Of a stretch of DNA of 64,000 nucleotides, positions 1-20,234 are shown piece by piece; positions within the stretch are counted from its first letter, which is position 1, and every line of letters begins with the position of its first letter. The stretch lies in the NCBI RefSeq assembly GCF_009914755.1, contig NC_060930.1; one strand, 5' to 3'. A program made the position numbers and the translations under genes. The notes under the pieces are model-generated. The model did not search any database, had not been told where the DNA came from, and saw nothing but the letters and a program-made list of their open reading frames with translations. The DNA comes from the human T2T-CHM13v2.0 reference genome, Homo sapiens.

Positions 1-61
1 GCTAGACTCCATGTCAAAAAAAAAAAAAAAAAGAAAAAAGAAAAAGAAAAATGGAAAATTC

Positions 62-370
62 GGCGGGGCCTGGTGGCTCACGCCTGTAATCCCAGCACTT
101 TGGGCAGCTGAGGCAGGCAGATCACCTGAGGTCGGGAGTTCCGGACCAGCCTGACCAACACGGAGAAACCCCACCTCTACTAAAAATACAAAATTAGCTG
201 GGCGTGGTGGCGCATGCCTGTAATCCCTACTCAGGAGGCTGAGCCAGGAGAATTGCTTGAACCTGGGAGGTGGAGGTTGTGGTGAGCCGAGATCGTGCCA
301 TTGCACTCTAGCCTAGCCTGGACGACAATAACGAAACTCCTTCTCAAAAAAAATAAAAAATAAAAAAAAG
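62..370 (+). mobile_element. Alu
   Basis: Full dimer, A-tail, TSD ggaaaattc. Confidence 0.95.
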
Positions 371-403
371 GGGAAAATTCATCCTTGACTCCATTTCTAC
401 ATT

Positions 404-535
404 TTAGAATGGGTTTCTTACTAAGTTTAGAATTTCTCTTGGATAACATTTAAAAAGTAAGAAGGAACTGTGGGAATTCAAAAATTTTTTTGTCCAGTCT
501 TTGCTGGATTATTTAAAATAGACATATTTATATTT
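404..535 (-). pseudogene. Candidate exon C (helix D) of the cytokine-like pseudogene
   Basis: SSKDWTKKF...ILNLVRNPF-TAA, with an overlapping frame PTVPSYFLNVIQE; resembles IL-6 helix D; acceptor degenerate (ttttctcaa). Confidence 0.35.
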
Positions 536-651
536 TTGAGAAAAACTTTTAACTTATATTTATAATCCAAGGAATATTCTAGTTACTCAAGTTGGAGTGA
601 AAGGTGTTATCAGTGAGCAACCATTTTTGATTTATGATCTATTACAAATAC

Positions 652-906
652 CTGAGAAATCACCTTGAAATGATTTTCCTGGCATTTGCACAACTGATAC
701 AGGTCAGTGATAATATTCATTATTCTGTCACTGCTTACTGCTCCCTTCAAGTTCAGCAAATGCCTGGTATAACATTTCACAGACTCAGGGCAAGTTGACC
801 TCATCAGAGAATTGAATCTCCAGGGTCTTATGGCCACAGCTGACAATCATGGGTATTTTCCATCAGTGGTACAGAGTGTAGAAAAATGTTGTCAGCCACT
901 GAATAA
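652..906 (-). pseudogene. Candidate exon B (AB loop, helices B and C) of the cytokine-like pseudogene
   Basis: caccag acceptor, CAG|GTATTT donor, 255 nt phase 0/0; ESVKCYTRHLLNLKGAVSSDRIMNIITDLYQLCKCQENHF has the helix B/C pattern of IL-11/G-CSF/leptin. Confidence 0.45.
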
Positions 907-1104
907 CTGGTGATAGAATAAGAGTTAACAGATTACTCTCTCTGGTCAACTTATCCTATTGAGGAGTAGATATAAAGTCTTACATATATTGGCCTTGGGT
1001 AGTATTAGTCTTCTTTCTTCTCCATATAGAATGTGTTTAGCTTTTTATATATGTAAACTTGTCTAATCTTAAATTATGCTATTTAAGTTGTGTTGATTCT
1101 CAGT

Positions 1105-1385
1105 AAAGCAAATTATTCTCCATAACTTGGATGGGGCTTGTCCCACCCACTCAGTTGAAGACTTTAAGTATCAAGACTGAGGTTTCCCAGAGAAGGAGGA
1201 ATTCTCAGTCAGCAACATAGATACCTTGCCCATGTTTCCATCCTACTGCCCTCCAAAATTTGGACCCAAGACTGAAACTATGACTGGCTGGAATTTCCAG
1301 CTTGCTGGGCTGCCCTGCATATTTCTGACTTGCCAGTTCCAACAACTGTGTAAGCCAATTCCTTAAACTAAATATCTCTCTAGAT
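1105..1385 (+). mobile_element. MLT2-like LTR fragment
   Basis: tcagttgaag...agactgaggtttcccagagaaggaggaattct...tgtgtaagccaattcctta. Confidence 0.65.
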
Positions 1386-1419
1386 CTACATCTACGTAGC
1401 TATCAAATACTAGATCTAT

Positions 1420-2034
<615 letters not shown>

Positions 2035-2108
2035 TAGATTTACAAAAAAATTAGGATGACAATACAGAGTTCACAAAAGCCTAGCACCCCGTTTCCTTTG
2101 TTATTAAC

Positions 2109-2511
2109 TGTATTAGGCCATTCTTGCATTGTTATTTACACCTGAGGCTGGGTAATTTATAAAGAAAACAGGTTTAATTGGCTCACAGTTCTGCAGGCCC
2201 TACAAAGAAGCTTGGTAATGGCATCTGCTCAGCTTCTGGGGAGGCCTCAGGAAGGTTACAGTCATGGTGGAAGGTGAAGTGGAAGCAGGAGTCTCACATG
2301 GCCAGAGCAGGAGCAAGAGAGGGAGTTGGGGGAAGGTGCTACACACTTTTAAACAACCAGATCTCATGAGAATTCACTATCAAGAGGACAGCACCAAGGC
2401 ATGAGGGATCTGTCCCCATGACCTAATCACCTCTCAGCAGGCCCCATCTCCAACACTGGGGATTACATTTCACCATGAGATGTGGTGGGCACACAGATGC
2501 GAACCATATCA
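2109..2511. mobile_element. MST-type MaLR LTR inserted in an old L1M 3' end (~2010-3300)
   Basis: tgtattaggccattcttgc...ggtttaattggctcacagttctgcagg...aaccatatca; flanked by ttattaac. Confidence 0.8.
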
Positions 2512-3300
2512 TTAACATATTACCTTAGCATGGTACATTTGTTACAGCTAATACACCAATATTGATGCCTCGTTATTAACCAAAGTCCCTACTTTATTCA
2601 GATGTCCTTAGTTTTTACCTAATTTCCTTTTCTTCTCCAGAATCCCATCCAGGATATATAACATTTAATCCTCATGTCTCTTTAGATTCCCCTAGACTGT
2701 GAGTTTCTTAGACTTTCCTTGTTTTGACAACTCTGACAATTTTGAGGTGTACTGCTCAGGCATTTTGTACAATACCCCTCAATTATGATTCGTCTGATGT
2801 TTTTCTCATGATTAGACTGGGATTCTGTGTTTTTTGGGAGGAAGATCACAGAGGTGAAGTGCCATTTTCATCACATCATATCACGGGCACATGCTAGCAG
2901 CATGACATCACTGTTGCTGTTGACCTTGGTCACCTGGTCATCTGGTAGTGTTTATCTAGTTTCCCCACTGGGAAGTTCCTCCCTCCACTCCCCACTTTCC
3001 ACACTGTGCTCTTTAGAAGGAAGTCACCATATATAGGCCATACCTAAGAAGTGAGGAGTTATGCTTCTTGAGGGTAAGGGTGGCAACATAGATTAGTTAA
3101 AATTATTTTGCACAGGAGATTTTTCTGTACTCCCCCATGATTGATATTTATTCAATTAGGTACTCATATCGGGGCGGACTCCTGCGTTTTTTAAATACTT
3201 TGGGTTGTAATCGAATACTGGGTTATTATTTTTTAAAATAGTTCCAACTTTGGCCATAGGAGCTCTTTCCATTGGATTGCATGTCCTTTTGCCATGACTC

Positions 3301-4070
<770 letters not shown>

Positions 4071-4817
4071 GCTCCAGTTTTTGTTGTTGTTGCTTGAAGC
4101 CCTTACTTTCTTGCATTACAAGGTGCTCCAGTCTCTCCTTGTTCACCTGGAAGTGGTAATAGAGGAGAGCCACTTACTAAAACTGTATAAGACGTTGGCG
4201 CACAAGCGGCCCTGCTGAGATCCCTCCCAGGCAAGTGTAACACGAGCTGGTAGAGGGCCCTCCTCTACTTCCACATTTGGCCCTGGCAGGCTTTAATGTT
4301 CTCTCACTCTTTACTCCCCTTCTCTTTTTTTGCACCATAAAGTCTCAGGTATCTCAGCTGACATGTGGTGCCCACTGGATGTCAGTGCCTGAGAGCAGAA
4401 TGGTGGAGAACACATTTTTTACGAAGGATATTTATTGGAAGCCATTTCCCAAGCCAGGTCTCCAAATATTTTTATAAAAACAATTTATAAAGTTTACAGC
4501 AATTGCTATTATCTGGGATGGGATGATGGGTATGGGTTTTTTCTTTCTTTTTTTAAGTTTTGAGGATTTCTGCAAAACTTTGATAGGCCAATTTTCATTT
4601 TATATTCATAGTAGCATCTCAAGGAATACTTGATTATCCTCCGCCTTGAATTTCTGCTACTGTGATACAGTCAGTTGGGCAGAAAGAAGACTTTTTGCTG
4701 GGGGAAAGATGGGGAACATTGAGTGGCAGAGACAGAGGGCACATGAGTACATTCTTCACTAATACTCTTAGTTATAGGAATGTACACAACACTTTTGCCT
4801 TTATTGAAAACATATTC

Positions 4818-5434
<617 letters not shown>

Positions 5435-6199
5435 TCACAAAGAATGTAAGCCCCATGAGGGCAAGAACCATGTCTACGTTGTCCATCCCTTTACTGTCAG
5501 GTTTTAGAACATTGTAGGTGTTCAGAAACTTTGTTTGAATGTGGGATCATTGATATGTTTATTATGTGCATGAACATATTCAACATCTATTGCTTCAAAA
5601 ACAGATTCTTTACAAATAGAAACAGTGCTCTATTCATTCAAGTATATTATTCTTACAAATGTATTAAAATATTCATAATCAAGAAGAATATATTCATAAA
5701 GATAGTTGTTGAATATTCATAAGGATGTTTCATAAAATTTTGTGAACAAATTTCATGAAGATTTTATGAACAAATTACTTATGAAGTAATTTGAGGAATG
5801 TGTACATGGAAAGTTTTTGAAGAACATCTGGAGAAGAAAATACTAATAAGGAAAATATTTTAATAAGAAAAGCTTCAAGATGAGGAAAATATTCATGAAG
5901 AGTGTTCCTCATCTTCCCCTCTGCCTCTGCAGCTGGGCTGTTTTGCCTTCCCCATTTCATTCTTTCCTTGGAGAATTTTCCTCTGCCCAGCTCTTCCAGC
6001 TGCAGAGACAAGTTCAGCCTTCACAATTTTAATGTTTCCAACAATCATAAAATTAGCAAGTAAAAATTCTTGAAATATCATTATATTTTCCTATGTATAA
6101 AATACAATGCATGCAATAATGTACTGCCATGCCCTGCTATTTAACCTATTATTTGGCGTGTCTTATTTCTCTTGTTTACTACAAATTTCTTTTGAAATA

Positions 6200-6364
6200 T
6201 TTTTTAGAGGCTGGGTACCGCTGTGTCTCCCAGGCTGGAGGGCAGTGACTATTCACAGGCAGGATCACAGTGCATACTCACGACCACACTGCAGCCTCAA
6301 GCCATCCTCCTGCCTCAGCCTCCTGAGTAGCTAGGACTACGGATATGCATCACTGTGCCGGGCC
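6200..6364 (-). mobile_element. Old Alu monomer (FLAM/AluJ-like)
   Basis: Degenerate Alu arm. Confidence 0.75.
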
Positions 6365-6580
6365 TATTTGTTTTTTCCTACTACAAATTTCTTGAAAGCA
6401 GCGACCTCATTTTATGCTTCTCTGTAATTCTCATAGTGAGCATTTAGCATCTAACAGGTGAATGCATATATTCTGTTGATAATGTCATGAGTTTTTTTTT
6501 TCAAATAATCTTTGCAGATATATTTTTTGAGGTAAGCTTAATTTTTTTAAAAATCACAAAACCAGATCATAAAGTTGTAC

Positions 6581-6725
6581 CTTTATTCTAAAAGCTCTTT
6601 TTAGCGTTCCATGAGGACAGTGGCATCCTTGCAGAGGACAGTAGCACCCACAGCAGAAATGGATGGGCATCTGTCCACAGGGCACTCAGTCCTGATAACA
6701 GAAGACTGGGATAGATGACATCCAT
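6581..6725 (-). pseudogene. Candidate exon A (signal peptide + helix A) of a decayed four-helix cytokine-like gene
   Basis: AGAATGG Kozak; MDVIYPSLLLSGLSALWTDAHP looks like a signal peptide; frameshifted continuation ISAVGATVLCKDATVLMER; AAG|GTACAA donor; unique sequence. Confidence 0.4.
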
Positions 6726-7589
6726 TCTGGTGTCACAATTCTGGGCACGTTTGAATTAAGGGGTTTTATTGCTACATCTTGGCAATAGCCAGAAATGATC
6801 TTTGAAAGCATAGTGCTTAAAGTGGTTAAGAGAAGGAATTCAGGTGGTTTATGGAAACCCGGATCAGTACTGCAGCCTAATACATAGGCCCTCTTGAAGC
6901 AGAAGGCTTTTTCAACTGGGGTTTTTAAAACCTCACACTTAAGAAGCATTGGAAGAGAGAATGTTTATTTTCCGCAGGCGGAGGCCTCCAAAGGCAGGTG
7001 GCTGGCATTTTTACCCAGTAGTGCCCTTCTGCTGCATCTGAAGAGCCACAGGTCGCTGCAGTTGGAGAGGGCTTCTCCTTCTTCCTCTTCTCCCCCATGC
7101 CCACAACCCTGACATGCCTCATGCTTGTCATTCAAATTTATCATTCAAACCATAACACTATGTGGGTAGCTCAGCCGTCTGAGAGAGGAGCAGAAAACCC
7201 AACTCTAATGGGCTGATGAATGGAAAATACATTACTGATGTAACATTCAAAGGACACTCTTGCTTTATCTCACCCAAGTGGAATGGAAATATGAGTAAAT
7301 AGGTTGACAATCAGCTGATAGTGTCGTTTGTAAATGAAAACGTCAAAGGGTGATTTTTTTGCTTTTTAAAATCTTGTGCTGTTTATCTTTGATGTGTATA
7401 CTTTAAAGGATAATAAAATATTTTTTCTCCCACTAGAGTACACAGTTAAAATAAATATTATTTTTTCATAAGTGTTCAGTACCTGAATTGTTTTTATATA
7501 AATGCACTTTTAGTTTTTTGGTTTATTCAAATGTCATTTAGTACATTTTGGACAAGAATGAAATTAAATGATAATATTCACATTAAGTA

Positions 7590-9832
<2,243 letters not shown>

Positions 9833-10296
9833 ATCACCAAGGCAAATTTCACTGGAAGAAATTTGAAGCTCTCACTACAGTTTTTAATCAAGCACGTTGA
9901 CTTTTATTCACACTTGAAAATCAATGTTACATCATCCAGAGAGTACGTATGTTGTCTCCAGCTCCTTGTTTCCCACTGGCCCTCAGCCCATTCCAATCTG
10001 CCTCACAGAGCCCCGTCACCCCATGGAAACAGGTGTCTTCACGGTCACCAACACGTTCCCTGTTGCTACACCCAATGGACGCTCATGTTAACATCTCAGC
10101 CGCATTCTGCAATGTTGACCTCCTTCTCTCTTTTGAAAGAGTTCGACTCCGGGTTCTGTGACCCCCTTCTCTGTCCTGGTTTTCTACTTATCTGGACACT
10201 AATTCTCATCTCCTCTATCAGATCCTTCTCCTCTTAACTCCAAATTGGGAACTCTTCATGGCTTCATGCAAGGTTCCCCTGTCCTCCTCTATACCA

Positions 10297-10780
<484 letters not shown>

Positions 10781-11129
10781 TCTAGATTATCTTACTAGGT
10801 GAGCTACTATTGGCTTTAAAAAGCGGCTTTATGCTTATGATTTCCTGATATTTATCCATATCTCTGACCCTCCACAGAGGTCCAGGGTTATATCCATCTG
10901 ATAGCTTCAATGACTCACAAGCATTAAGGGACCATAACTGTTCTTTTCTCAGCTGCCAATATTTCAGGAATGGTACCATCATTTACTCAGTTTGTTGAAG
11001 CCGGAAACTGAGAGTAGTTCTTTATTTTTCCTTATTCCTTACTATCCACACCTAAATCATAAGTTCGTTCCACTGATGCTACCTCCAACTTACCTTTTTT
11101 TTTTTTTATGGGCACCCTATTTACTTTTA

Positions 11130-11772
11130 TTACCCGGCAGGATTTGCGGGATAATTGCCCAGAACTGGCATATTGATCCAGATTTTTACATTACCCGTCC
11201 CTTTTTGTTTCTTCCAAGCTGCAGGAGATCACTACTTGATTCAGGGGAATAAGCAGGGTTAGTCACAGGTTAGGAAATCTGCATGGGGACTGTGTAGAAA
11301 AGGTAGGAAGCCAGTCATCCCCAAGGGGCCTTTATTGGCTCTGCAAGTCAAACTCGATTCCTTAAAGGGAAGCACAGTTCCAGTCAAAGCTTTGGTAAAA
11401 CAATCAGTTTCTCCAATTGTGTCTTCAGACTTCTATTGGTGTAGTGCATGCAGTTAACTCCTGTTTGACGTTCATGAACATTTCAGCTCTTCATGAGTCC
11501 TGCACATTTTTTCTCTATTCCAATGTTGTGATCTTCAAAGCTATTAGAAACCCTTCAAAGCTATTAGAAACGATCCCAGATGGGGCCCTAAAATGAAGCA
11601 GCATCATTCGCTGGGGTAAATATCTGAGGTTCATCGTCTCACACCAAGGAAATTGAAGACGTGGACACACAAGAAGTGAGTTTAAGAGCACAGGTTTATA
11701 GGCGAAAGAAAGAGAAAGGAGAATAGTTCTCTCTCCTGCAGAGAGAGAGGGGCTCCCGAGTGGGTCTTCCCC
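11130..11772 (-). mobile_element. ERV1 fragment: MER51-like LTR part (11594-11772), degenerate tRNA-Pro PBS (11573-11590) and internal sequence
   Basis: Minus strand LTR end ...gcttca followed by tttt-agggccccatctgggat (cf. TGGGGGCTCGTCCGGGAT). Confidence 0.6.
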
Positions 11773-11979
11773 AAATTACATTTTGAATCTGTCTACTTCC
11801 TTCCATCTCCACCAACACCATCTAGTCCAAGCCACTATCATTTCTTGCCTGGACTACTTGCAGTCATCTTCCTGCTTCCTAAACCCAGCTTTAATCCAGT
11901 ATCCACACAGCATCGGGATGATTCCTCTCAAAACATAAATTGGATCATGCCACTTTGTTCCTTAAAATTCTTCAGTGGT

Positions 11980-12568
<589 letters not shown>

Positions 12569-12859
12569 ATTCTTCAGTGGTTTGCCATGGCTCTTGGAAT
12601 AAAATCTAGATGCCCTGTACTGGACTTCAAGGCTCTGAGCCCTGCTTTCCATTTCAGCCCAATTCATGCCATACTTCTCCTATGTACACTGTGTTTACAC
12701 ACTGATAAGTTGATCCCTTGTTAACTTGGCACCCATATGCATCCCTTATACCATACTTAATTTCCAAATAAAGACATGGTAGCTCTGCCTAACGTGATGC
12801 GACTAACATAATGTAACTATCCTGCGTACAACTGAACATGCGCAACCCTTTTTCCAGAA

Positions 12860-13012
12860 TTCAGCTTCCAGGATCTCAGCATTTGGGATTTTAATCTTTT
12901 GGGATTGTGATTTTTGAGATTTTAGACATTAGGGATTTTGATCATTCTGGATTTCAACATTTGGGATTATGGCATTCAGGACTGTGTCTTTTGGGATTAT
13001 GATGGTCACCAC
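12860..13012. mobile_element. Ricksha-type (MuDR) terminal repeat region
   Basis: Repeated gggatt subterminal motifs. Confidence 0.6.
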
Positions 13013-13546
13013 CTAAAATCATAAGTTTGATGTGTTATTTATATCTTTTTCTATTATACATTAAAATAAGTCAGTAACTATTGAAATATTTGTGGACTGT
13101 CTAGACTCACTCTGCACCCCATGGGATCCTTGTACCACATGTTGGGAAATGATTGTCTCAGGGCCTCCAGCATGTCTGCTCACTCCCATCCCCGGCCCTT
13201 CCTCCCCATCCTGCCGGGATTCCTCAAGTCCCACATTGGAACACGAACACTTAGAAGTAACAAAGCTCACTCTGTGCCAAGAGCAACACTAAAGTATAAA
13301 TGCAATTTTATTGATAAAAGAGTACAATCAAAGCCAATATGATGTATTGGCTAGGAACAGGGAGATGACCTGGATTCAAATCTTGGTCTCCCACTTGCTC
13401 TATAAGTCATTTCACCTTCTCAGGTAGCTCAGGGGACAGCTGTGAGGATTAAATCAATTAATGTATGTTCAGGGCTTACAATGTCTGACACATGGTAAAT
13501 ACTGATATATATATATATATATTTAATTTTTTTTCTTTTTTTTTAA

Positions 13547-13853
<307 letters not shown>

Positions 13854-14359
13854 AGTAAGTGCTATATAAATGTTAGATATTATTATAGCTTGTGAGTTTT
13901 GGCAATGGAAGTTCAAAGGAAAAAGTAACCAATGAGTGTACTAAGCATCTTTCCCTTTAAAAAAAATTGGTTGGTTAGAAACTCATAGGAGTGTACTCAT
14001 ACCTACTCAATCTTTTGTTAAGTACTGCATGCATTTATGATGTTGGAGTATTAGGCTTTTATGAATTAGTTGGATGATACAGAATGCTCAATGATTTAAA
14101 ATGGCATCTGACTGACTACAATTTAGTTATACAAATTGATTATTCTATGCAAATTTGAGGATGATACTTCTAGGCACCCCCCCCCAAAATATATTGCTCC
14201 TGTAGTTTATCTTTATTTGAAAACAGAATATTTTCACTAAAGTGTGTGTGTGAACACTCCAAATGTTTTGAAAAGGCTTTCTGTTATGACAGAGTACAAC
14301 AGCAGGTATTTTGCAAATAAACTACAAAACAGTCAAACTATTTAATACTTGTTTTATTT

Positions 14360-14663
14360 ATTTATTTATTTATTTATTTTTTTGAGACAGGGTCTTGCTC
14401 TGTTGCCCAAGCTGGAGTGCAGTAGCACAAAGATGGCTGACTGCAGCCTTGACCTCGTGGGTTCAAATGATCCTCCCACCTCAGCTTCCCAAGTAGTTAG
14501 AACCACAGGCCCACTGCCATGCCCTGGGGTCTCTCTCTGTTGCCCAGAGATGAGGGCTCTCCCTGTTGCCCAGGCTGGTCTCAAACTCCTGGGCTCAAGC
14601 AATCCTCCTGCCTTGGTCTCCCAAAGTGTTGGGATTACAGGCGTGAGCCACCTCTCTCAGCCA
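14360..14663 (-). mobile_element. Alu (J-like, rearranged centre)
   Basis: Antisense Alu lacking the normal linker. Confidence 0.85.
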
Positions 14664-14857
14664 ATTTAATAAGTTTTAATGTTTCATAACAACTGTTTCC
14701 CAGGTCATAATATGAACAATTTTTTTCCTATTTCTGTTTTGAAGTCAGGCAAGAATTAGCTTCATTTAAAATGTCCTTATTACATTTAATTGAACATTAT
14801 CAATTACCTTTATGAAGAATAACAGAGGAACCGTAAAGCTGTATTTCAGCAAAACAT

Positions 14858-14863
14858 TTTAAT
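14858..14863 (-). terminator. GCM2: Probable GCM2 polyadenylation signal (ATTAAA)
   Basis: ATTAAA on minus strand ~750 nt after the stop, near the end of the AT-rich unique 3' UTR. Confidence 0.6.
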
Positions 14864-15611
14864 TATAATTCTGAAACCTAATCAGAAAAAAAATGTATTT
14901 AGTACAATGGTAATCCATTAAATACAACTCATCATTGTTAGGCTGTCTCTGTTATGGAAACTATCATGTTATGAAAAGGTTATGAAAAGGTTAGGAAACT
15001 ATCATGTTATGAAAAGCTAATATTGAATCTTTTAAAAACAACTGAACTTTACCATTGCTAGAGATTTTTTGAAAAGCTGTAGATACACACGTTGGAGATA
15101 AAACAATCAAAATTACTTCCTGAAGCTAGTTTAACAGGTTCTAAATGCTAAACAAAAATTTCATGAAATGACTCAGGTGATAAGATTGTAAAAATTTCTT
15201 CCTGAAGCTATTTTGGCAGCCTCTAGGGATGTGAAATTCCCTAAGGTGCTCTAATGGGAAAAGTCCTAGAATAAGAACCAGAATCCTTGACTTCTACTCC
15301 TGCTAATAAGCTAAGTGAACTTAGGTCAGTATTTAACCTCCTACAGTTTGCTTATTTGTTCATTTGAGAGACTCACACTTTCCTCACTACTTCTATGTAT
15401 TGTAGCCAGTTTCAAAATGCTGTGTGAAATTTCCCATATTATCTAATCATTTCCAACTGATTATTTTCTCAGTTACTCAGAATTTTTACTACTATCTGTG
15501 TTTCTTTGCACACAAGGTGAATCTCCCAACTCAATAAGAGATCATTGCCATTTCACATTTCCCTGCCTCCTGCCTGCATGCACACTGCTATTATGTCCCC
15601 TGGATTGTCTT

Positions 15612-16550
<939 letters not shown>

Positions 16551-16859
16551 CTAGAAAAATGATACAAACATAGACACACGCTATGTAAATCGTGTGGACA
16601 CCCTCACCTGTAACAATAGCCTAGAAGTAAGTAAAAACAGACATCCATGTGCTGGGCTCTGTGTTGTGAACATGGCACTGCTCAGGTACGTGATGTAAGC
16701 ACGTGGTCCAGGGGTTGCTAAGCTTGGGCTCACTCAGACATAAATACCAACGACTGAATGACAAAGGTCCATGGTAGCCAGGTAGGATGCTTCTGAGTGG
16801 CAGATGGTCCTGTTCTCACCTATACTGTCTTCCTAATAGTGGAGACTTAGGAGCCACAC

Positions 16860-17055
16860 GGGCCTGGGTTCAATTCCTGACTCTGTCCCTCACAAATTGT
16901 ACAAGCCACTTAACCTCTCTGAGCCTCAGATCCTTCATCTTAAAAATGGAACTTAATAACAGTAACCTCATTATAAGGTTTCTGCAACCATTAAATGTGT
17001 GAAACTCTTAGACCAGTGCCTGGCACATAGGAAGTGCTGGAAAATGTCAGCTTCT
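16860..17055 (+). mobile_element. MIR
   Basis: ctgggttcaattcct...cttaacctctctgagcctcag...gtgcctggcacatag. Confidence 0.8.
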
Positions 17056-17495
17056 GTTATCCTTACACTAACACTCTGCCTGCTTGGCGTGCTTTGGTTG
17101 AAAAGCCAAACTGAATTAAATTGCGCAGAGAAATTTTATCCATTCTTGTGGATGAAATAATGGAAAGGACCCTCTCAAGGGTGCACTGTTAACTTCCTGT
17201 TGGTAGGCACATATTTCTATCTTTATTACTGTTGCATAATCGCCCTTATATTAGGATGTCAGCTCAGCACACTGACATATCAGGACTGTATCATTGCCTG
17301 TAGAGATTGTTGCTTTTTGTTTTAAGGAGAAGGGATTAGAAACCCTGTCCAAATGTTGATTTAATGATATTTTGTTACAGACGTATAATTTTCAGATGAA
17401 ATCAAACCCTTGTAATTAACGTATGACCTTCATATTTTGCATAACGATCAGCGTATCTTGGGATGAAAATGAGCTGAGACCACTGTGCACTATCA

Positions 17496-17654
<159 letters not shown>

Positions 17655-17875
17655 TCATACATTTGTGCCTCTAAAGGAAGCTGACAATGTTGCCCAAAAA
17701 TTGATCATGCCTTTCCCAACATCTCAAGAGTTTAGTTTTGTTTCTTTCAAAATGACAGAAAAAAAAATTCTTGAACAAATAAAACAGGCTCAAGAATTGA
17801 CATCTGAAAAGATCACCTGCAATCCCTTCACTCTATTAAAAGAACTATAACTTGGTTTACCATCTGTGTACCTTA

Positions 17876-18199
<324 letters not shown>

Positions 18200-18267
18200 T
18201 TAACCCTGACCCCAGACCCTTCTGAAGGAAGAAGGGGAAAATTAGCTGGGAACAACGAACTCATGCT

Positions 18268-19063
<796 letters not shown>

Positions 19064-19930
19064 TCATGCTCTAAAATTTCTCTGAGCACATTAGGATACA
19101 AACCAGTTCTTTTTAAATCCAGTAACGTCAAATTCCAAAATGCCACTCTTTCTATGTAAGACTTCCTGACAACCAGGTAATAATTAATGTTTATATAGTG
19201 CTTATCTGTTAAATGCTATACATGTATTAGTTCATCTAGACTTCAAATTATAGGCAAACAATTATTTCCAATTTGCCGATGAGGACATGGAGGCCAGAGA
19301 GGTTAATCGACTCGCCCAAGGTCACATCACACAGCTAGCAAGATCTGGATCCAGTATTTGCACCCTGGCAGTCCCATTCCAGAGCCTGTACTTCTTACCA
19401 CTATGTTATATCACTTCTTGGTGTGTTTAAATGTTGAAAACATTTTTAAGTTAGGTATCAAAGTACCAGGGGAAAAAGTGATTGGAATGTTCTATCACTG
19501 AAATGCAATTTAACTGGTAAATATCTTTAAGTCAGTGCATTTTCTTCAAAAGCACTTGGCTCTGTATGCCAAACCTGTCAGTCACATTAGCAGTGGCACC
19601 CAGAGTAATGTCAGAGAGGAAAGAACAGCTTCCCTCCCTACTCTCAACTTGGCTCTCCAAGTTTAAAAGGGTACTGCAATGAGGGACTTAAGCCATGAGC
19701 TTTGGGGTGTGGGTGAGCTTGTCTGGCACGGGACTGCTCCCCAGAGCAATATGGGACTGTCATTCTCCTCAACAAAGAGCCACATGGCTGCAATAATAAG
19801 TTGTATCTAAAATACTGAGCATTGCCTTAGTATTCATATTTGGTAGTCTTTGTCAATTTAATGCATTATTTACACTGCAATAAATGTCACTTTTGCATAT
19901 AAGTTTCATTGAAAAATCACCCTTTACTGA

Positions 19931-20234
<304 letters not shown>

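Noticed and set aside
6686-6949. ORF containing PRIVTPEW, suggestive of a BRCT motif
   Set aside because: No other BRCT features; the overlapping frame with a Kozak ATG and signal-like peptide is more coherent.
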